NCBI RefSeq assembly: GCF_006345805.1
Contig: NC_043019.1
Location: forward strand, 1,984,001 to 2,048,000
DNA length: 64,000 nucleotides
DNA from: Octopus sinensis
Taxonomy: Eukaryota
Direction of reading: 5' to 3'
The position numbers and the translations under genes are program-made. Shown here piece by piece: positions 50,125-62,808 of the stretch (position 1 is the first letter of the stretch; every line of letters starts with the position of its first letter). A model generated the notes under the pieces. The model made no database searches. It was not told the origin of the DNA and saw nothing but the letters and a program-made list of their open reading frames with translations.

Positions 50125-51210
50125 TAAAGTATATGAGAAATTTTCTACACTGGTGATCTAAATGTGTGAGTGGTGGGTAAGTGCTATAGTTGGTGGACCA
50201 TTAGGTTCCATGATCACAGTTAAGGCTGGATCTAGGGATACGTATTAGGGTTCCATTATAACATGTATATATTATATTAGAGGAAAATTCAAAAGCAATG
50301 CAGAACTAGTATTTCAAGTCATTTAGAGTAATTTAATATCATCATTGTAAAGTGAATTTGAAACCTTACAGCTGTTTCTGGGATAACCCAAGTGGTTGGT
50401 TAGCACGTCCGTGCACCGGATATTCCGTCACAGAGACAAAGTATGAATACTTTAGACGTAAAAATTTAATGCAAATAAAAATTGTATTACCTTCTGACTC
50501 ACCGTCGTAGCTTTCTCCAAGTGTCGAAACTCACTTTAAAAGTATGGTGGCCTGATGATAAAATCTTGAAAGACTAAAACAAATTAATAAAAGTTTTCTT
50601 CTCATTTTGTTTTCATTTGCTGTCTGAATTTAATAAAATTAAATTTAAAATTTAATGCCAATAAAATTATATTACAGACGATGTAAACACGTCCAGTTTG
50701 TTAAATTTAGTTCTGCTTAATGAGATTTTCATATTTTGGGAACATTTAAGAGAGCAGAATTATTTTTACTAATCTGCATGTCATTATATCTGAAGTTAAA
50801 GTAAAAGTTTAGAAAAAAATTTTATTATTTTAACAAGACATAAATGGTTTCTGATGGTAGTGGCTGTGAGCGGTTGTTTTTGTTGGTTACTTCCAAGCCA
50901 GCCATTTCCTGCACAGATGAACTTTTTCTAAGTTAAGAACTTTTTCTAAGTTAAGAGCCGGACTTTATGCCGAAGAAAATGACAGAGTACAAAGTAAATA
51001 CCAGCATAAAATGCATAATTTTGTAGTGGCTAAAGGACAGTGGCCCTGTACGTAAAGTACTCACGTGTCTTCTCATCCAAGAACACGTTCGTATCCTAAG
51101 AACTAGCAGTACTTCAGGAAATTCCACGGTTATTTTGGAAACTTAAAATGGTTGGAAGTTTATAGAAAAACAGGAACGTTATATTTACACACATGCACAT
51201 ACTAACAAAC

Positions 51211-51376
51211 ATGGCTGTGTGGTACGTAGCTTGCTTACCAACCACATGGTTCCGGGTTCAGTCCCACTGCGTGGCACTTTGGGCAAGTGTCTTTTGCTAT
51301 AACCTCGGGCCAACCAAAGACTTGTAAGTGGATTTGGTAGACGGAAACTGAAAGAAGCCCGTCGTATATATGTATA

Positions 51377-51432
<56 letters not shown>

Positions 51433-51678
51433 GTGTGTGTGTGTCTGTATGTATGCGTGTGTATATGTTTGTGTGTCTGTGTTTGTTCCCCCAGCATCGC
51501 TTGACAATCGATGCTGGTGTGTTTATGTCCCCGTTACTTAGCGGTTCGGCAAAACAGACCGATAGAATAAGTACTCGGTTTACAAAGAATAAGTCTTGGG
51601 GGTCGATTTGCTCGACCAAAGGTGGTGCTCCAGCATGGCTACAGTCAAATGACTGAAACAAGTAAAAGAGTAAAAGAG
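51211..51678 (+). mobile_element. SINE family B
   Basis: Head (slightly 5'-truncated), CORE-like segment, internal microsatellite, tail GTAAAAGAGTAAAAGAG. Confidence 0.9.
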
Positions 51679-52044
51679 TATACGTATATGCAGAACATTT
51701 TGGTATACGTGTAGCGGACTTTTAAATAACCGTTATTTTTGATACGCTAAAAATACGTTCAGCAAAGGCAGGAAGGAGAATCAGAGAAAATATAAATACG
51801 CAGTCACGTCACAAACCATGCCACGTTTCGTATTGTTTTTTCTCTCTCTTTCTCCATCTCCAGATCAATTTCTCTCTCTCTCTCTCTCTCAACTTTCTGC
51901 TCTTCCTCTTGCATGTATACTTTCACTCCCACTCTTACTCACTTTCTCACACACTTATTTTTTTATTTACATCCACTGACTTACGTTTTCTTTCGATACA
52001 TACTTGTGTGTATTTTTCTCTATGTGTGCGTGTGTGAGTGTTCT

Positions 52045-52459
52045 ATGTCTTTACTACCCACAAAGAGCTAAACACAGAGAGGACAAACAAGGACAGACAT
52101 AGGTATTAAGTCAATTACATCGACCCCAGTGCGTAGCTGGTACTTATTTAATCGACCCCGAAAGGATGAAAGGCAAAGTCGACCTCGGCGGAATTTGAAC
52201 TCAGAACGTAGCGGCAGACGAAATAGCTATTTCTTTACTACTCACAAGGGGCTACACACAGAGAGGACAAACAAGGACAGACAAACGGATTAAGTTGATT
52301 ATATCGACCCCAGTGCGCAACTGGTACTTAATTAATCGACCCTGAAAGGATGAAAGACAAAGTCGACCTCGGCGGAATTTGAACTCAGAACCTAACGGCA
52401 GACGAAATACTGCTAAGCATTTCGCCCGGCGTGCTAACCTTTCTGCCAGCTCGCCGCCT
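52045..52459 (-). mobile_element. SINE family A dimer
   Basis: Junction at ~52220-52230; flanked by the near-identical TGCGTGTGTG(A/C)GTGTTC. Confidence 0.88.
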
Positions 52460-53000
52460 TGCGTGTGTGCGTGTTCGTTTCTTCGCCCTTCTTCCCCAAT
52501 TCGAGCTAGCTTTATATTATATTTTATCTAGTTTCAGCTCACGAGCTCTGGCCATGCTGGAGCACCGCCATTTATATGTCTCCTTTCAGTGAGGTTTCAG
52601 TTTAAAAACTAACACCGCCGCCATCGTCAGCATTTACCATTTCTTTTTCTAACTGCTACACTTTCTCCCTCTTTATCTCTCTTTCCATCTCTCCCTCCTT
52701 ATCTCTCTTTCTCTCTCTCCCTCTCTCTACCTTACTCCATCATCTACAACACTATCGCCGCCGCCCCCACTCTCCCCTCCGTCGCCTCTGCTACCCCCAC
52801 TACTACAACTACCAACTGTTTCTTCGTTTTTTTTTTCGTTTTTTTTACTATTTTAGTTACTTCCTCCGGCGTGACAAAAAAGGCAGGTAGCTACATACTA
52901 TTTTGTATTAGCATACAGGTGTGTCTAAAAGGTCTGATTTCTATCCTCAAGCGGAATGAAGTGTCTTTGGATAGCATGCACATTGGAAGAAGAAAAGCGG

Positions 53001-53431
53001 GGATCTTTTCGGTTTAACCGGTAGTGTTTTAAAATAATTTCCACGTAACTAAACACTTTTAAACTTCGTATACTGGTAGAATGTGTTTATAAAACATCTT
53101 TTTCTCTTGGCTTTATTGAGAAAATTCTATAGTTTGTAAGATATTTGTTGTTGTTTTTTCTTCAGTTTCTGCAATTTCAACCAATCAATGATGTCTATTG
53201 AGGTGAAAACATTCTGTGCCGTATGAATATGTCTCTCGTTTAAGAAACAGATTGGGTTTATTTACATTTCTGAAGAAAGAAAGATACCCTTCCCCCCACC
53301 CCTAACCCTAACTCTAACTTTAACCCTAAAACAGATTGAAATGCAATAGATTGATACTAGGGTCATAATTATGGGTGACAATTTCATATGACACCGCTAG
53401 AAAAAAACTGCCGTTCAAACCGAAAAGATCC
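53001..53431. mobile_element. 431-bp MITE, GG-starting TIRs, 8-bp TSD, internal telomere-like hexamers
   Basis: GGATCTTTTCGGTTT...AAACCGAAAAGATCC; TSD AAAAGCGG/AAAGGCGG (7/8 match); five CCCTAA-like units at 53300-53329. Confidence 0.8.
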
Positions 53432-53834
53432 AAAGGCGGTATTTTCGAGATTGAAGTCTTAATTGACCATAGGTTTTCTCGGTTACAACTCACCCTATGC
53501 TAGCGGTAAGAACAACACGGCAATAACTTGATTCATTGAGAATGCGTTGAATATAGTTTCATGCCCAGCAAGAAACGAAAACGAAGAATAGTTTCGTTTG
53601 ATCTCAAACGTGTTCCTAATTATCTGAAGACATCAGAAGAAATATTTCTCTCAGTATTAACTAATACGTTAATAGTTTTCTTTAACTCTTAATATATGAT
53701 CAGTGTTTCAATGCACTTAATACAACTAAGTATTGTGAATATTAAAATATGAGCGGTGGGTGGGGTTACATTGCTACATGTATGTGTGTATGTGTATTTG
53801 TGTGTGCGTGTGTAAAACAATATATTATTGTAGC

Positions 53835-54150
53835 AGTGAAAGTTCGTGGCTTAGTGGTTCGGGTGTTCAGCTCACGATCACACGGTTGTGAGTTCGATAA
53901 CAGGTGACGCGGTATGTCCTTCGGTAAGCCACTTCATTTCACGTTGGTCCACTCCACCCAGCTCTCAAAAATCGCTAGTACCTGTATTTCAAAGGGCCAG
54001 TCTTGTTGCATTCTGTGTCAAGCTGAATCTCCCCGAGAACAACGTTAAAGTTACGCGTGTCTATGGAGTACACAGCCACTTGCACGTATATTCCACGAGC
54101 ATGTTCTTCCGTTGGTCGCATCATCTTGAACATTCGCTGTCGTAAACAAG
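53835..54150 (+). mobile_element. SINE family D, diverged
   Basis: A box TGGCTTAGTGG, CORE-like segment, shared tail; 12-bp TSD TATTATTGTAGC. Confidence 0.8.
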
Positions 54151-54188
54151 TATTATTGTAGCCCTGTAGCACTGTATTATATAGCCCA

Positions 54189-54414
54189 GGAGCTGGCAGA
54201 AACGTTAGCACGCCGGGCGAAATGCGTAGCCGTATTTCGTCTGCCGCTACGTTCTGAGTTCAAATTCCGCCGAGGTCGACTTTGCCTTTCTTCCTTTCGG
54301 GGTCGATTAAATAAGTACCAGTTACGCACTGGGGTCAATGTAATCGACTTAATCCGTTTGCCTGTCCTTGTTTGTCCTCTCTGTGTCTAGCCCCTTGCAG
54401 TTACTAAAGAAATA
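54189..54414 (+). mobile_element. SINE family A
   Basis: Consensus match; TSD TGTATTATATAGCCCA. Confidence 0.9.
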
Positions 54415-55332
54415 TGTATTATATAGCCCATATTTAACCCAAAATACAAACCCATAAACATGTTAAAATAAAAATATGTCAAAAATATTTTTTTTAATTT
54501 TGATGATTAGTCTTTGATTCAGTTTCGATTCCTAAACTCCGGGTTTTTCTGATCAGACTGTGAACCAAACAATCAATCAATTTATCAAAAGCAGAGCAAA
54601 GGAGAAAATATTTGGTCGTCGAATATGCTATTTATTATAAACGATAATTGTATTGCACAATAGCTGCAGGTGACTTGAAATCCCTCTGTCTTTTTGTTTT
54701 TATGTATTAAACTACGTGGTTTATATTCTATCCTTTATATTCCTATTTGATATATATTTTATGGGTTATATAGTGGGATTTTAGTGCCCTTGAATTGACT
54801 TTTGCACATCTCTGAAGATGATGGCATTAATATACTTTATTTTCAACCTGAGAGCTGCCGGATAGAAAGCGGGAATAGAATTTCAAATGAATCAGAAAGG
54901 ATTAGGTGAAGTGGTTAATGGGAGGAGTGACTTCTCCATAAACCTCAACGATAAATCCTCGAACAGTTATTATATGTTATATATCTATAGAGCTCTTAGC
55001 ACTTCTTTTGATGCTACCAGGAATATTCTACTTGAGCGCAAGCTTTAATAGAAATCACTGTCAAATCTTCTTCAGTTCGTACACTACCGTCTTAAAAGAG
55101 GGAGGACACATTGGATAATATTGATAATTTCCTGTATGGAAAAATGGGATTGTCACGTTTGGAAAATATTTTATCATGTGTTTCATGAATCAGGGACTGA
55201 CTTGTAACTAAACAATAGCAAAGGGGGGGGGACGGCAGGGACTAAGGTCCTCCAAGGTGCAAAATGCCGGATAAAAGACTCTGTTCACATTTTACAACGA
55301 CGGTAACAATGAATGCAACAACAACATCAACA

Positions 55333-55794
55333 GTGGAGGTGCAATGACCCAGTGGTTAGGGCAGCGGACACGCGGTCGTAAGAACGCGGTTTCGATTCTC
55401 AGACAGCGCATTAAGCCACAAAGAATAATCCCTAATTCGAGCCTACTCTAAGCTACTAAGAATGCGTGCGGCAACTTCAAGATCCACCCGCTATACACGA
55501 TACACTGGCGGTTGTATGGGGGCGAAAGCTACGTCATTATCCTCATTCCGTAAACGGTGGCTCTTAACGGGTGGAGAGCTGAACCATCCTGGGGTACAGA
55601 GGATTCGCAATCTAGACTAGGGTCTGAAAGTTTTACCACACCATGACTCCTCTGCTTCGTGGCAGGAGTAGGAAGAAAGAGTGAGAGAAAGTTATGGTGA
55701 AAGAGTACGGCGGGGTTCACCACCACCCCCACCCGCCGGAACCTCGTGGAGCTTAGGTCTTTTAGCTCAATAAATACTCACAATGCGCTGTCTG
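55333..55794. mobile_element. Rearranged family C SINE (head on plus; body and alternative tail on minus)
   Basis: 13-bp CAGACAGCGCATT at 55400-55412 is inverted at 55782-55794. Confidence 0.75.
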
Positions 55795-55849
55795 CTGTTG
55801 TTGTTATTGTTGTTGTTGTTGTTGTTCTTGTTCTTGTTCTTGTTAATCA

Positions 55850-56170
55850 ACAAGACGGGTAAGGGTGATTAGGTGATTGTCTAGGGCTTAGGGGCGGATG
55901 ACCCAAGACCTTGGAAAAAAACTTTGGTCGTCTTGGTGTAGTCGAGGTTTCTTCGTTGACATCCGACACCTCGATATCGCTGGAAATGGACATCTCCAGG
56001 TCCAAATTCTTGAACGGCTGCTGTTGTTCCTGTTGCTGGTTTGTTTGTTTGTTTGTTGAGCGCCTTTGGATTTTCTGTAGTGGGAGAAATCCGAAACGTG
56101 GTCCTTTGCTTTTCGTAAGACCCACAGAAAAGAAAGCAGGTCGACCCCCGACACCGAGAGCATCGACGGA
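55850..56170 (-). pseudogene. 5'UTR/ORF1 N-terminal fragment of a LINE (possibly I/Nimb group)
   Basis: Open frame ...MSISSDIEVSDVNEETSTTPRRPKFFSKVL resembles LINE ORF1 N-termini ending in a P.F..FLVI-type motif; weak, recalled similarity only. Confidence 0.45.
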
Positions 56171-56199
56171 TGAGTGAATGCGCATCCAGGCTCAGCGGT

Positions 56200-56412
56200 T
56201 GCGCAGGAAGTCGGGGACAAGAAACAGGAAGAAAGAGTGAGAGAAAGATGGGGCGAAAGAGTACAACAGGGGTCGCCACCACCCCCTGCCGGAGACTCAT
56301 GGAGTTTTAGGTGTTTTCGCACAATAAACACACAACGCCCGGTCTGGGAATCGAAACCGCGATCCTCCGACCGCGAGTCCGCTGCCCTAACCACTGGGCC
56401 ATTGCGCCTCCA
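56200..56412 (-). mobile_element. Family C SINE head and body without the usual tail
   Basis: Matches 36385-~36580, then diverges into the LINE-like sequence. Confidence 0.85.
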
Positions 56413-57074
56413 CTGCTGTTGTTGCTGGTGGTGCTGGTGCTGGTGCTGCTGACGGTACTGGTAGTGCTGGTGGTGTTGGTGCGGGTCGTGGTCGTGGTTG
56501 TAGTGGTGGTGCCATTGTCAGTGTCATTGTAGAAATCACCCCTGACAGAAAAAATATGTCTGACTTCTTTATTTTGTTTCTTTATTTTCCGACACAGTAA
56601 ACCAAACAGTAACTTTTCAAATCCGTCCTTGAATTTATTTCAATTAGTTTTCTAAATAATGAAGAATTTAGTTGAATAATTTTGCTATTATTTAGCTGAG
56701 ATTTAAAGTTAAATTTGCGTAAAAGTCTGGTGGCAAGTTTTAATTTAAATCGCATTAAAACAAGAAGTTTGAGTCAAAATTGGAGTGGACGGGTTTGGAA
56801 AGGGTAGAGGTTCGATATTGATTTGGTTGTAATTTCAAGCCGATCGAATAACCTCATAGTTATTCCCTGCATGGTGTTGCAATCGACGTTTTGACCATTT
56901 TTATGCAGTTGTTGTACAGGTTTAGAGGTCAACTTTTATAGACTTGACCAACATGCATGCTTCGGAACATCCTAAAAGATAAAAAAAGAATTCAGTCGGC
57001 AAGCACTAGATTTTAAACACTCAAGTACGCCGGACGCCCGCAAACACACAACACACCACACACACACACACACA

Positions 57075-57114
<40 letters not shown>

Positions 57115-57274
57115 CTCTCTCTCTCTCTCACACACACATTCACACATTCACACACATTCTCATGCACACACGCACACATCACAGATGCACGCGCACACAC
57201 ACATATACACACATACACATATATGCACATATATTTATATATATATAGATCGATATAGATATTTGTGCACACAG

Positions 57275-57314
<40 letters not shown>

Positions 57315-58623
57315 CACACATACATGTATGTATATACATAGTTACGTGTACGTGTGTGTGTGTGTGTGTGTGCGTGCATGCATGTGAGATAGATTGAAAG
57401 AGAGTGTATGCATGTATACACATTTGTATATATTACATGCGACATATCAATCTGTGAATATATATATATTCAAAATAGAAACACACATACATACACATGC
57501 ACACACATATGCACAAACATACACATAAACACACACTGGCACATACACAAAAACACATATCCCGTACACGAATGACTGAATCGTTTTGTTGTTGTAGTTA
57601 ATGTGAATATCTTTGTCGTTACTGACTTCGTTAGAAGCGTCTGCGGCAGCGGTGGAGGTATGTTTTGGTGATGAGAGCGGGGGGGGGCGTTGGTGAAATG
57701 TGGTCGAAGTCAGGTGGAATATGGCTGTGGATAAAGATGGGGGAAGGTTATGCATATAGAAAGCGAGGTGGGGATGAGGCGGTGGTATTTCCAGCTGAAT
57801 ATAGCCATTATACAGGAAATGCTGAGTTCCCTCTCACTTATAACTGATAATGTAAAGCGCTTCCCGTGTCATAACTTCAAAAAGACAAAAATATCAATTT
57901 CATAAATTCAGCCTCCTTTGAAAATGGCGGAATTGTTAGTAAATCGATAAACATCAAACAATATTATATTGCAGCAAATATGGCGTCACATTAAGTGGAA
58001 CCTCGGTTCACCGAAACGATGATTATCTAGCATCACAGAGTCCCATCATTTAACTGTGAGTGTCTGTTTAATTGTTGATAGAAGACAAATGTTAGAAATA
58101 TATTCACGCCATATCAAACGTAATTGTTGCAAAATACATTGAAATACAATTTATTATTTTGTATATTACAAGTGATCAAGTTAAGGCAATGGGACAGCCC
58201 CTGCTTGGTCACTTGAATCGCTAGAAGTAACGAAATCGATTGTAATCGGACACTATGGTGGTTTATTTTACGTTAGAGGGACACCATGTTGTGCTATGTT
58301 GTTCTAGATATATATGAGTAACAAAACGTAAGACTAGATGGCCATGTCTGGAATAGCAACTAAATGAACCGCTACGGAAGATTCTACTTCATAATGCCAA
58401 CCAATGTCCTTCAAGCCATCCCCTATCGTCTAAACATGGAAATCTACATCGAATTGTATGTACGTACGTATGAATGTATGAATAGATGGATGAATGGATA
58501 TATGGATGGATGGATGTATACATGTGTGTGCACGTGTGCGAATTAAGGAAGTGTGTACACTGTTTCCCAAAATCTGTACAAGCAGAGACACACACACAAC
58601 ATACACACACACACTCATATATA

Positions 58624-58670
<47 letters not shown>

Positions 58671-58817
58671 CCAATCGGCAAAAGTTGCGAAATGATTCAA
58701 GAGCTGTTGAAATCTCAAGCCTTAAATTAAGTTGTCACTTCTGTTGATTAAAATGTTCAGATATAACAACTACTTAAATTAGTGGGTTCTATTTCTCGAA
58801 AACTATATATATATATA

Positions 58818-58852
<35 letters not shown>

Positions 58853-58908
58853 CTATATATATATACATATATATATAATATTATATATATATATCTATAT
58901 ATATATAT

Positions 58909-58941
<33 letters not shown>

Positions 58942-59145
58942 ATAGTTAATCCAAACATGAACAAAGAGAAAACACAACAAGGCGAGGACGTGGAACAAGT
59001 TTAGTGTTATTGGACGCTCAGGAAAGGAAAGAAAGAAAGAGGATTTCACATTTCGAGCGGAGCTCTTCGTCAGAAATATAGAAAAAAAGAAAAAGTCCAA
59101 GGAAGGGAAGACGGAGAAAGAAAATCGCCAACGATACACACGCGA
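58942..59145 (-). mobile_element. ~200-bp hammerhead-bearing element, same family as 11877-12070
   Basis: Shared sequence TGAGCGTCCAATAA...GTTCCACGTCCTCG...CATGTTTGGATTAACTATA; microsatellite flanks. Confidence 0.75.
59043..59077 (-). ncRNA. Minimal hammerhead-like motif (variant core, G at the cleavage position)
   Basis: ATTT-CTGACGA-A-GAGC TCC GCTC-GAAA-TGT-G-AAAT. Confidence 0.55.
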
Positions 59146-59248
59146 TCACATATTGAAATACAAAGTGTGTGTGCGTGTATATATGCATATATACACACAC
59201 ACAAACACTTTATACATATATACATATGTATACATATATATATACACC

Positions 59249-59282
<34 letters not shown>

Positions 59283-59397
59283 CCCATATATATACACAAA
59301 CATATATATATACATACATATATACATATATATACATACATATGTATATATATATATGCATACATGCACACACACCCACACATACACACACACACAA

Positions 59398-59439
<42 letters not shown>

Positions 59440-60915
59440 TTAAGAGAGAGAGAGAGTTTGTAGGTGTGGCGGGGCTGCATATATGCCTTACGCATTCGAA
59501 AAGTGAGTCTCCGATTTTGACGAATGATGTCTCAAAAGATTCAGTAATCTTTCAGCGACCAAATACACTTAATTTTTATTTACATATTTTCTACATCATC
59601 TCAACAACCAGCAATAGTTATCTGAAATAACTGCTCTAGAACGCCCAGGTTTCATTAGAAAGTGAAAATAGTTGCACACTTTCAATTTGAACCAAAATTA
59701 GAAAGTGCTGCCTTACGTGAGTGACGACGTGTGAATAATGAAAATAGTGTTTCTCCGGATTATTCACATCTGTACCATAATAAAGAAAGCTGCTTATCAT
59801 CTATCTATCTATCAAATTAATTATGTTTTTGGCACAACAACTCTTTTTTACTACTAAAATAAGCTCGGAAACGAGGTCGGGTCGCACAATCTTGAGGTCG
59901 TTTCAAGCAACATCAAAATTGCCAACAACTCACCATACACGTATAAGAAAACGGAATAGAACCGTGAATTCAGGGGCAATTTCATTTGTCATCTACTATA
60001 AATTCATATGTTTGAACCTAAAAAATAAATCAATGATTTTCAGTAAGAAAGGATGATAACTTGGTAGAAACTTTAGAGAGCCAGACTTAATGTATTTCAG
60101 TTTTCAGCTCTGATCATCTGTATGCTAATTAGATTTAACTTAGTAGAATTACAGTCACCCGAGATTCTATAAAATATACATAAGTATTAGTGATATACTT
60201 GGTTTCATTTCGATTGACAATGGGTGGCACTAGGTTAAGGTATCATAGTAATTAGTCAGATTTTCTTTCAAATCAGGTTTAAATATACTTTAGCATTCGT
60301 CTGTCCATGTTTATCATTTAGGTACCATTTCTGTGGAAATGCCATTTGGATTGGTCTTGCTTCACAAATTGATAGCCTTAAATTTTAAGTACAAATAAAA
60401 TATATTCAAAACATACAGTAAATGTTTAAAGAGAAACCTACAACTAACTGAAAAGTTTCAAAACTATTCTATTTTTTAAATGAACATAAAATGTTGAGAA
60501 AATAATCTCTCAAAATGTTTGAAATTAGACACGAATACTTCTCTTCAATTTAAATAAAATGTATATTTGATATAAATATATATATATATAGTTGGATTAA
60601 CTGTTGAAGTGGACGGACGTCTATTTGTTTCTCTCCCAAGTCAGTAGCAAGCTACACAGCTTCAAAACCTAACTGACCTTAAATATATATATATTTGTAA
60701 CCACGTGTTTGCCTACAAACCCGTAAGTACGTTTTCATTTAACTACAAATTGTTATATACACCTGTTTTTCTTTTAATATCCTCAAACAACCAAATAATC
60801 AAAAACTCACACCCTTAAGAGAGAACATTTATATATATATACACTTCTTAACTCCAAGAAAGAATATATATATTTTCAAAAATCAAAAGGAAAACAAACA
60901 AAAGAAAAACAAACA

Positions 60916-61780
60916 TGACTAACTTGCAGGCCTGCAACAGACGAAATTGGTCTGATAACGAAATGATGTTTTAATAAACCATGGTTCTCTTTTCCCAAAC
61001 AGAAAATCTAAATGTTTTGTGTTTGAATGAGATTGCCGAAAAAAATCACAAGTGGTCAACACACGATCCGTCAAACAGATTCATCGCAAACTGAAACATA
61101 TCGAAGTATCTTTCAAACTGACAAAAGGCCATTATGAAAAGCTTCTTCATATTTTCACAGTTCAAGAACAGCAACAGCTAGAAAATCAGCAGCCACAACA
61201 ACAACAACAGAATGAGCCACTCCTGGTTCCCAGCACAATGGCTGACCCTAACATCGGTCAAGCACAACAACAACAACAACAGCCACAGCAACAAGAACAA
61301 CAACAGCCACTCCTCAACTCTAGCTTACTAGATGATTCACTAAATGCCAGTATCTTTTCACCGCTCTCACGGCAACCACCACAATTATCATCATCATCAT
61401 CACCACCGCTGCCACCATCGTCTTCTATCACCAAAAATACCAACAGAAAACCAAATAAGAAAAACCACTGCCCTCTTCCCCCACATCACCACCTCAATAC
61501 TACTGCAGTAACAAAAACTTAAAGAAACATAGGAAGCAGAATGCGCCCCCCACGGCACAAACAAGAAATCCCCAAATTTGCCGCTATTCACTGCGCCAGA
61601 GACTCTGCACAAATAGTGACTGCATCTTCACGCATCTACCCGGCACTAGACGCACTACCGGCCAAGGCCAAAGCACGCATCCCACAATAACATCAACACC
61701 ACCAATAGTAAATCGAAATTCAAAACACACACAACTCGGAGTCCCAAAATCTGCCGGTATTCCCAACGTGAGATAACATG
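60916..61780 (+). pseudogene. LINE ORF1 remnant with Gln/Pro-rich linker and CCCH zinc finger
   Basis: CRYSLRQRLCTNSDCIFTH (C-x8-C-x4-C-x3-H) at 61579-61635; stops and frameshifts upstream. Confidence 0.55.
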
Positions 61781-62189
61781 TCTGCTGAGTGACTGTCCCT
61801 TCACTCATCTTCCAGGGACCCGACGCACAAACAGAAACGGGGCTTCAAGCCAACACACAAACCTGAATAAAAATAAAAATAGAAACACACCATGCTGCAG
61901 TAATGCTGGTCCAGTCTTTTCAGGAAGACACAAAACAAAACAACAACAAAAGTGGAAACTACAACCCTATCCAACAGTGCAACCACACCTCCAGCCAAAA
62001 ACTGCTCCCTAAGCAGGAAAATCTTTTTTAGCCATGTTGAACATGGCAAAAGAGATACAAAAACATTCTAACCATCACTCAACACCATCCTATGCTATTA
62101 CCCCAGTGCACCAATTCCCCACATTGCTGCCACTAACACACACAAAAAATCCAAGCCCCCTGCAACAGTCAAAACCAGCCACTACACTA

Positions 62190-62808
62190 ACCTCCACATT
62201 CCTACTCAATGCACAAGGTGTCAGCCCTTCCATCAATGCACAAAAATGGAAGGTCCAATTCATTGAAGACTGGGTTGGTAACCATTCACACCACATCCCT
62301 TTCTTCATTCTCACTGAGACCCACCTTGACAACTCCCACTTGGAAGCCGAAGTGAGAGTGAAGAATTTCACAACCATCCGCGCGCATCGTATCGGCAGGA
62401 GGAAGGGTGGAACTGCCATTTTCCTGCATGATTCATTTACGGCAGATGGAAATAGTATATTCTCCAACGGCTACTGTGAATCAGTCACCGTGCACAACAA
62501 AGCCAATGACCTGACAGTAATTGGGCTCTATAACATGAAATTCCACCAGCCGAAAGCTAATCCTAGTGACCTTCCTCCAGCCCACCCATTTGACAACATG
62601 GATCTCCATAATGCCAACTGGGATGCAATCAGGAACGAGCTATCGCATGTTGACTGGTCCTTTACACATACACACATCTCCACCAACCATAAGACATCTT
62701 GGCAGATCTTTGTAGACACCGTCACAGACATATGTGCAAAACACTCCCCACCAAGACCTGTGAACAAAAAGTGCAGAATCCCCAAAACAGAAAAACCATT
62801 ATCAGAAA
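62190..62808 (+). pseudogene. ORF2 APE endonuclease N-terminus with an internal deletion
   Basis: FLLNAQG..FFILTETHL..RRKGGTAIFL..VIGLY jumps to NMKF at ~62531; no GDFN or SDH motif is present. Confidence 0.75.

Noticed and set aside
50556-50580. CTGATGA...GAAA hammerhead-like string
   Set aside because: No stem II or stem I pairing.
53300-53329. Telomere or chromosome-fusion scar
   Set aside because: Only five degenerate hexamers, located inside a TIR/TSD-bounded MITE.
56413-56560. Thr/Ser-rich mucin-like exon on the minus strand after TTTTTTCTGTCAG
   Set aside because: Degenerate trinucleotide repeat running into a SINE head; no donor site or homology support.
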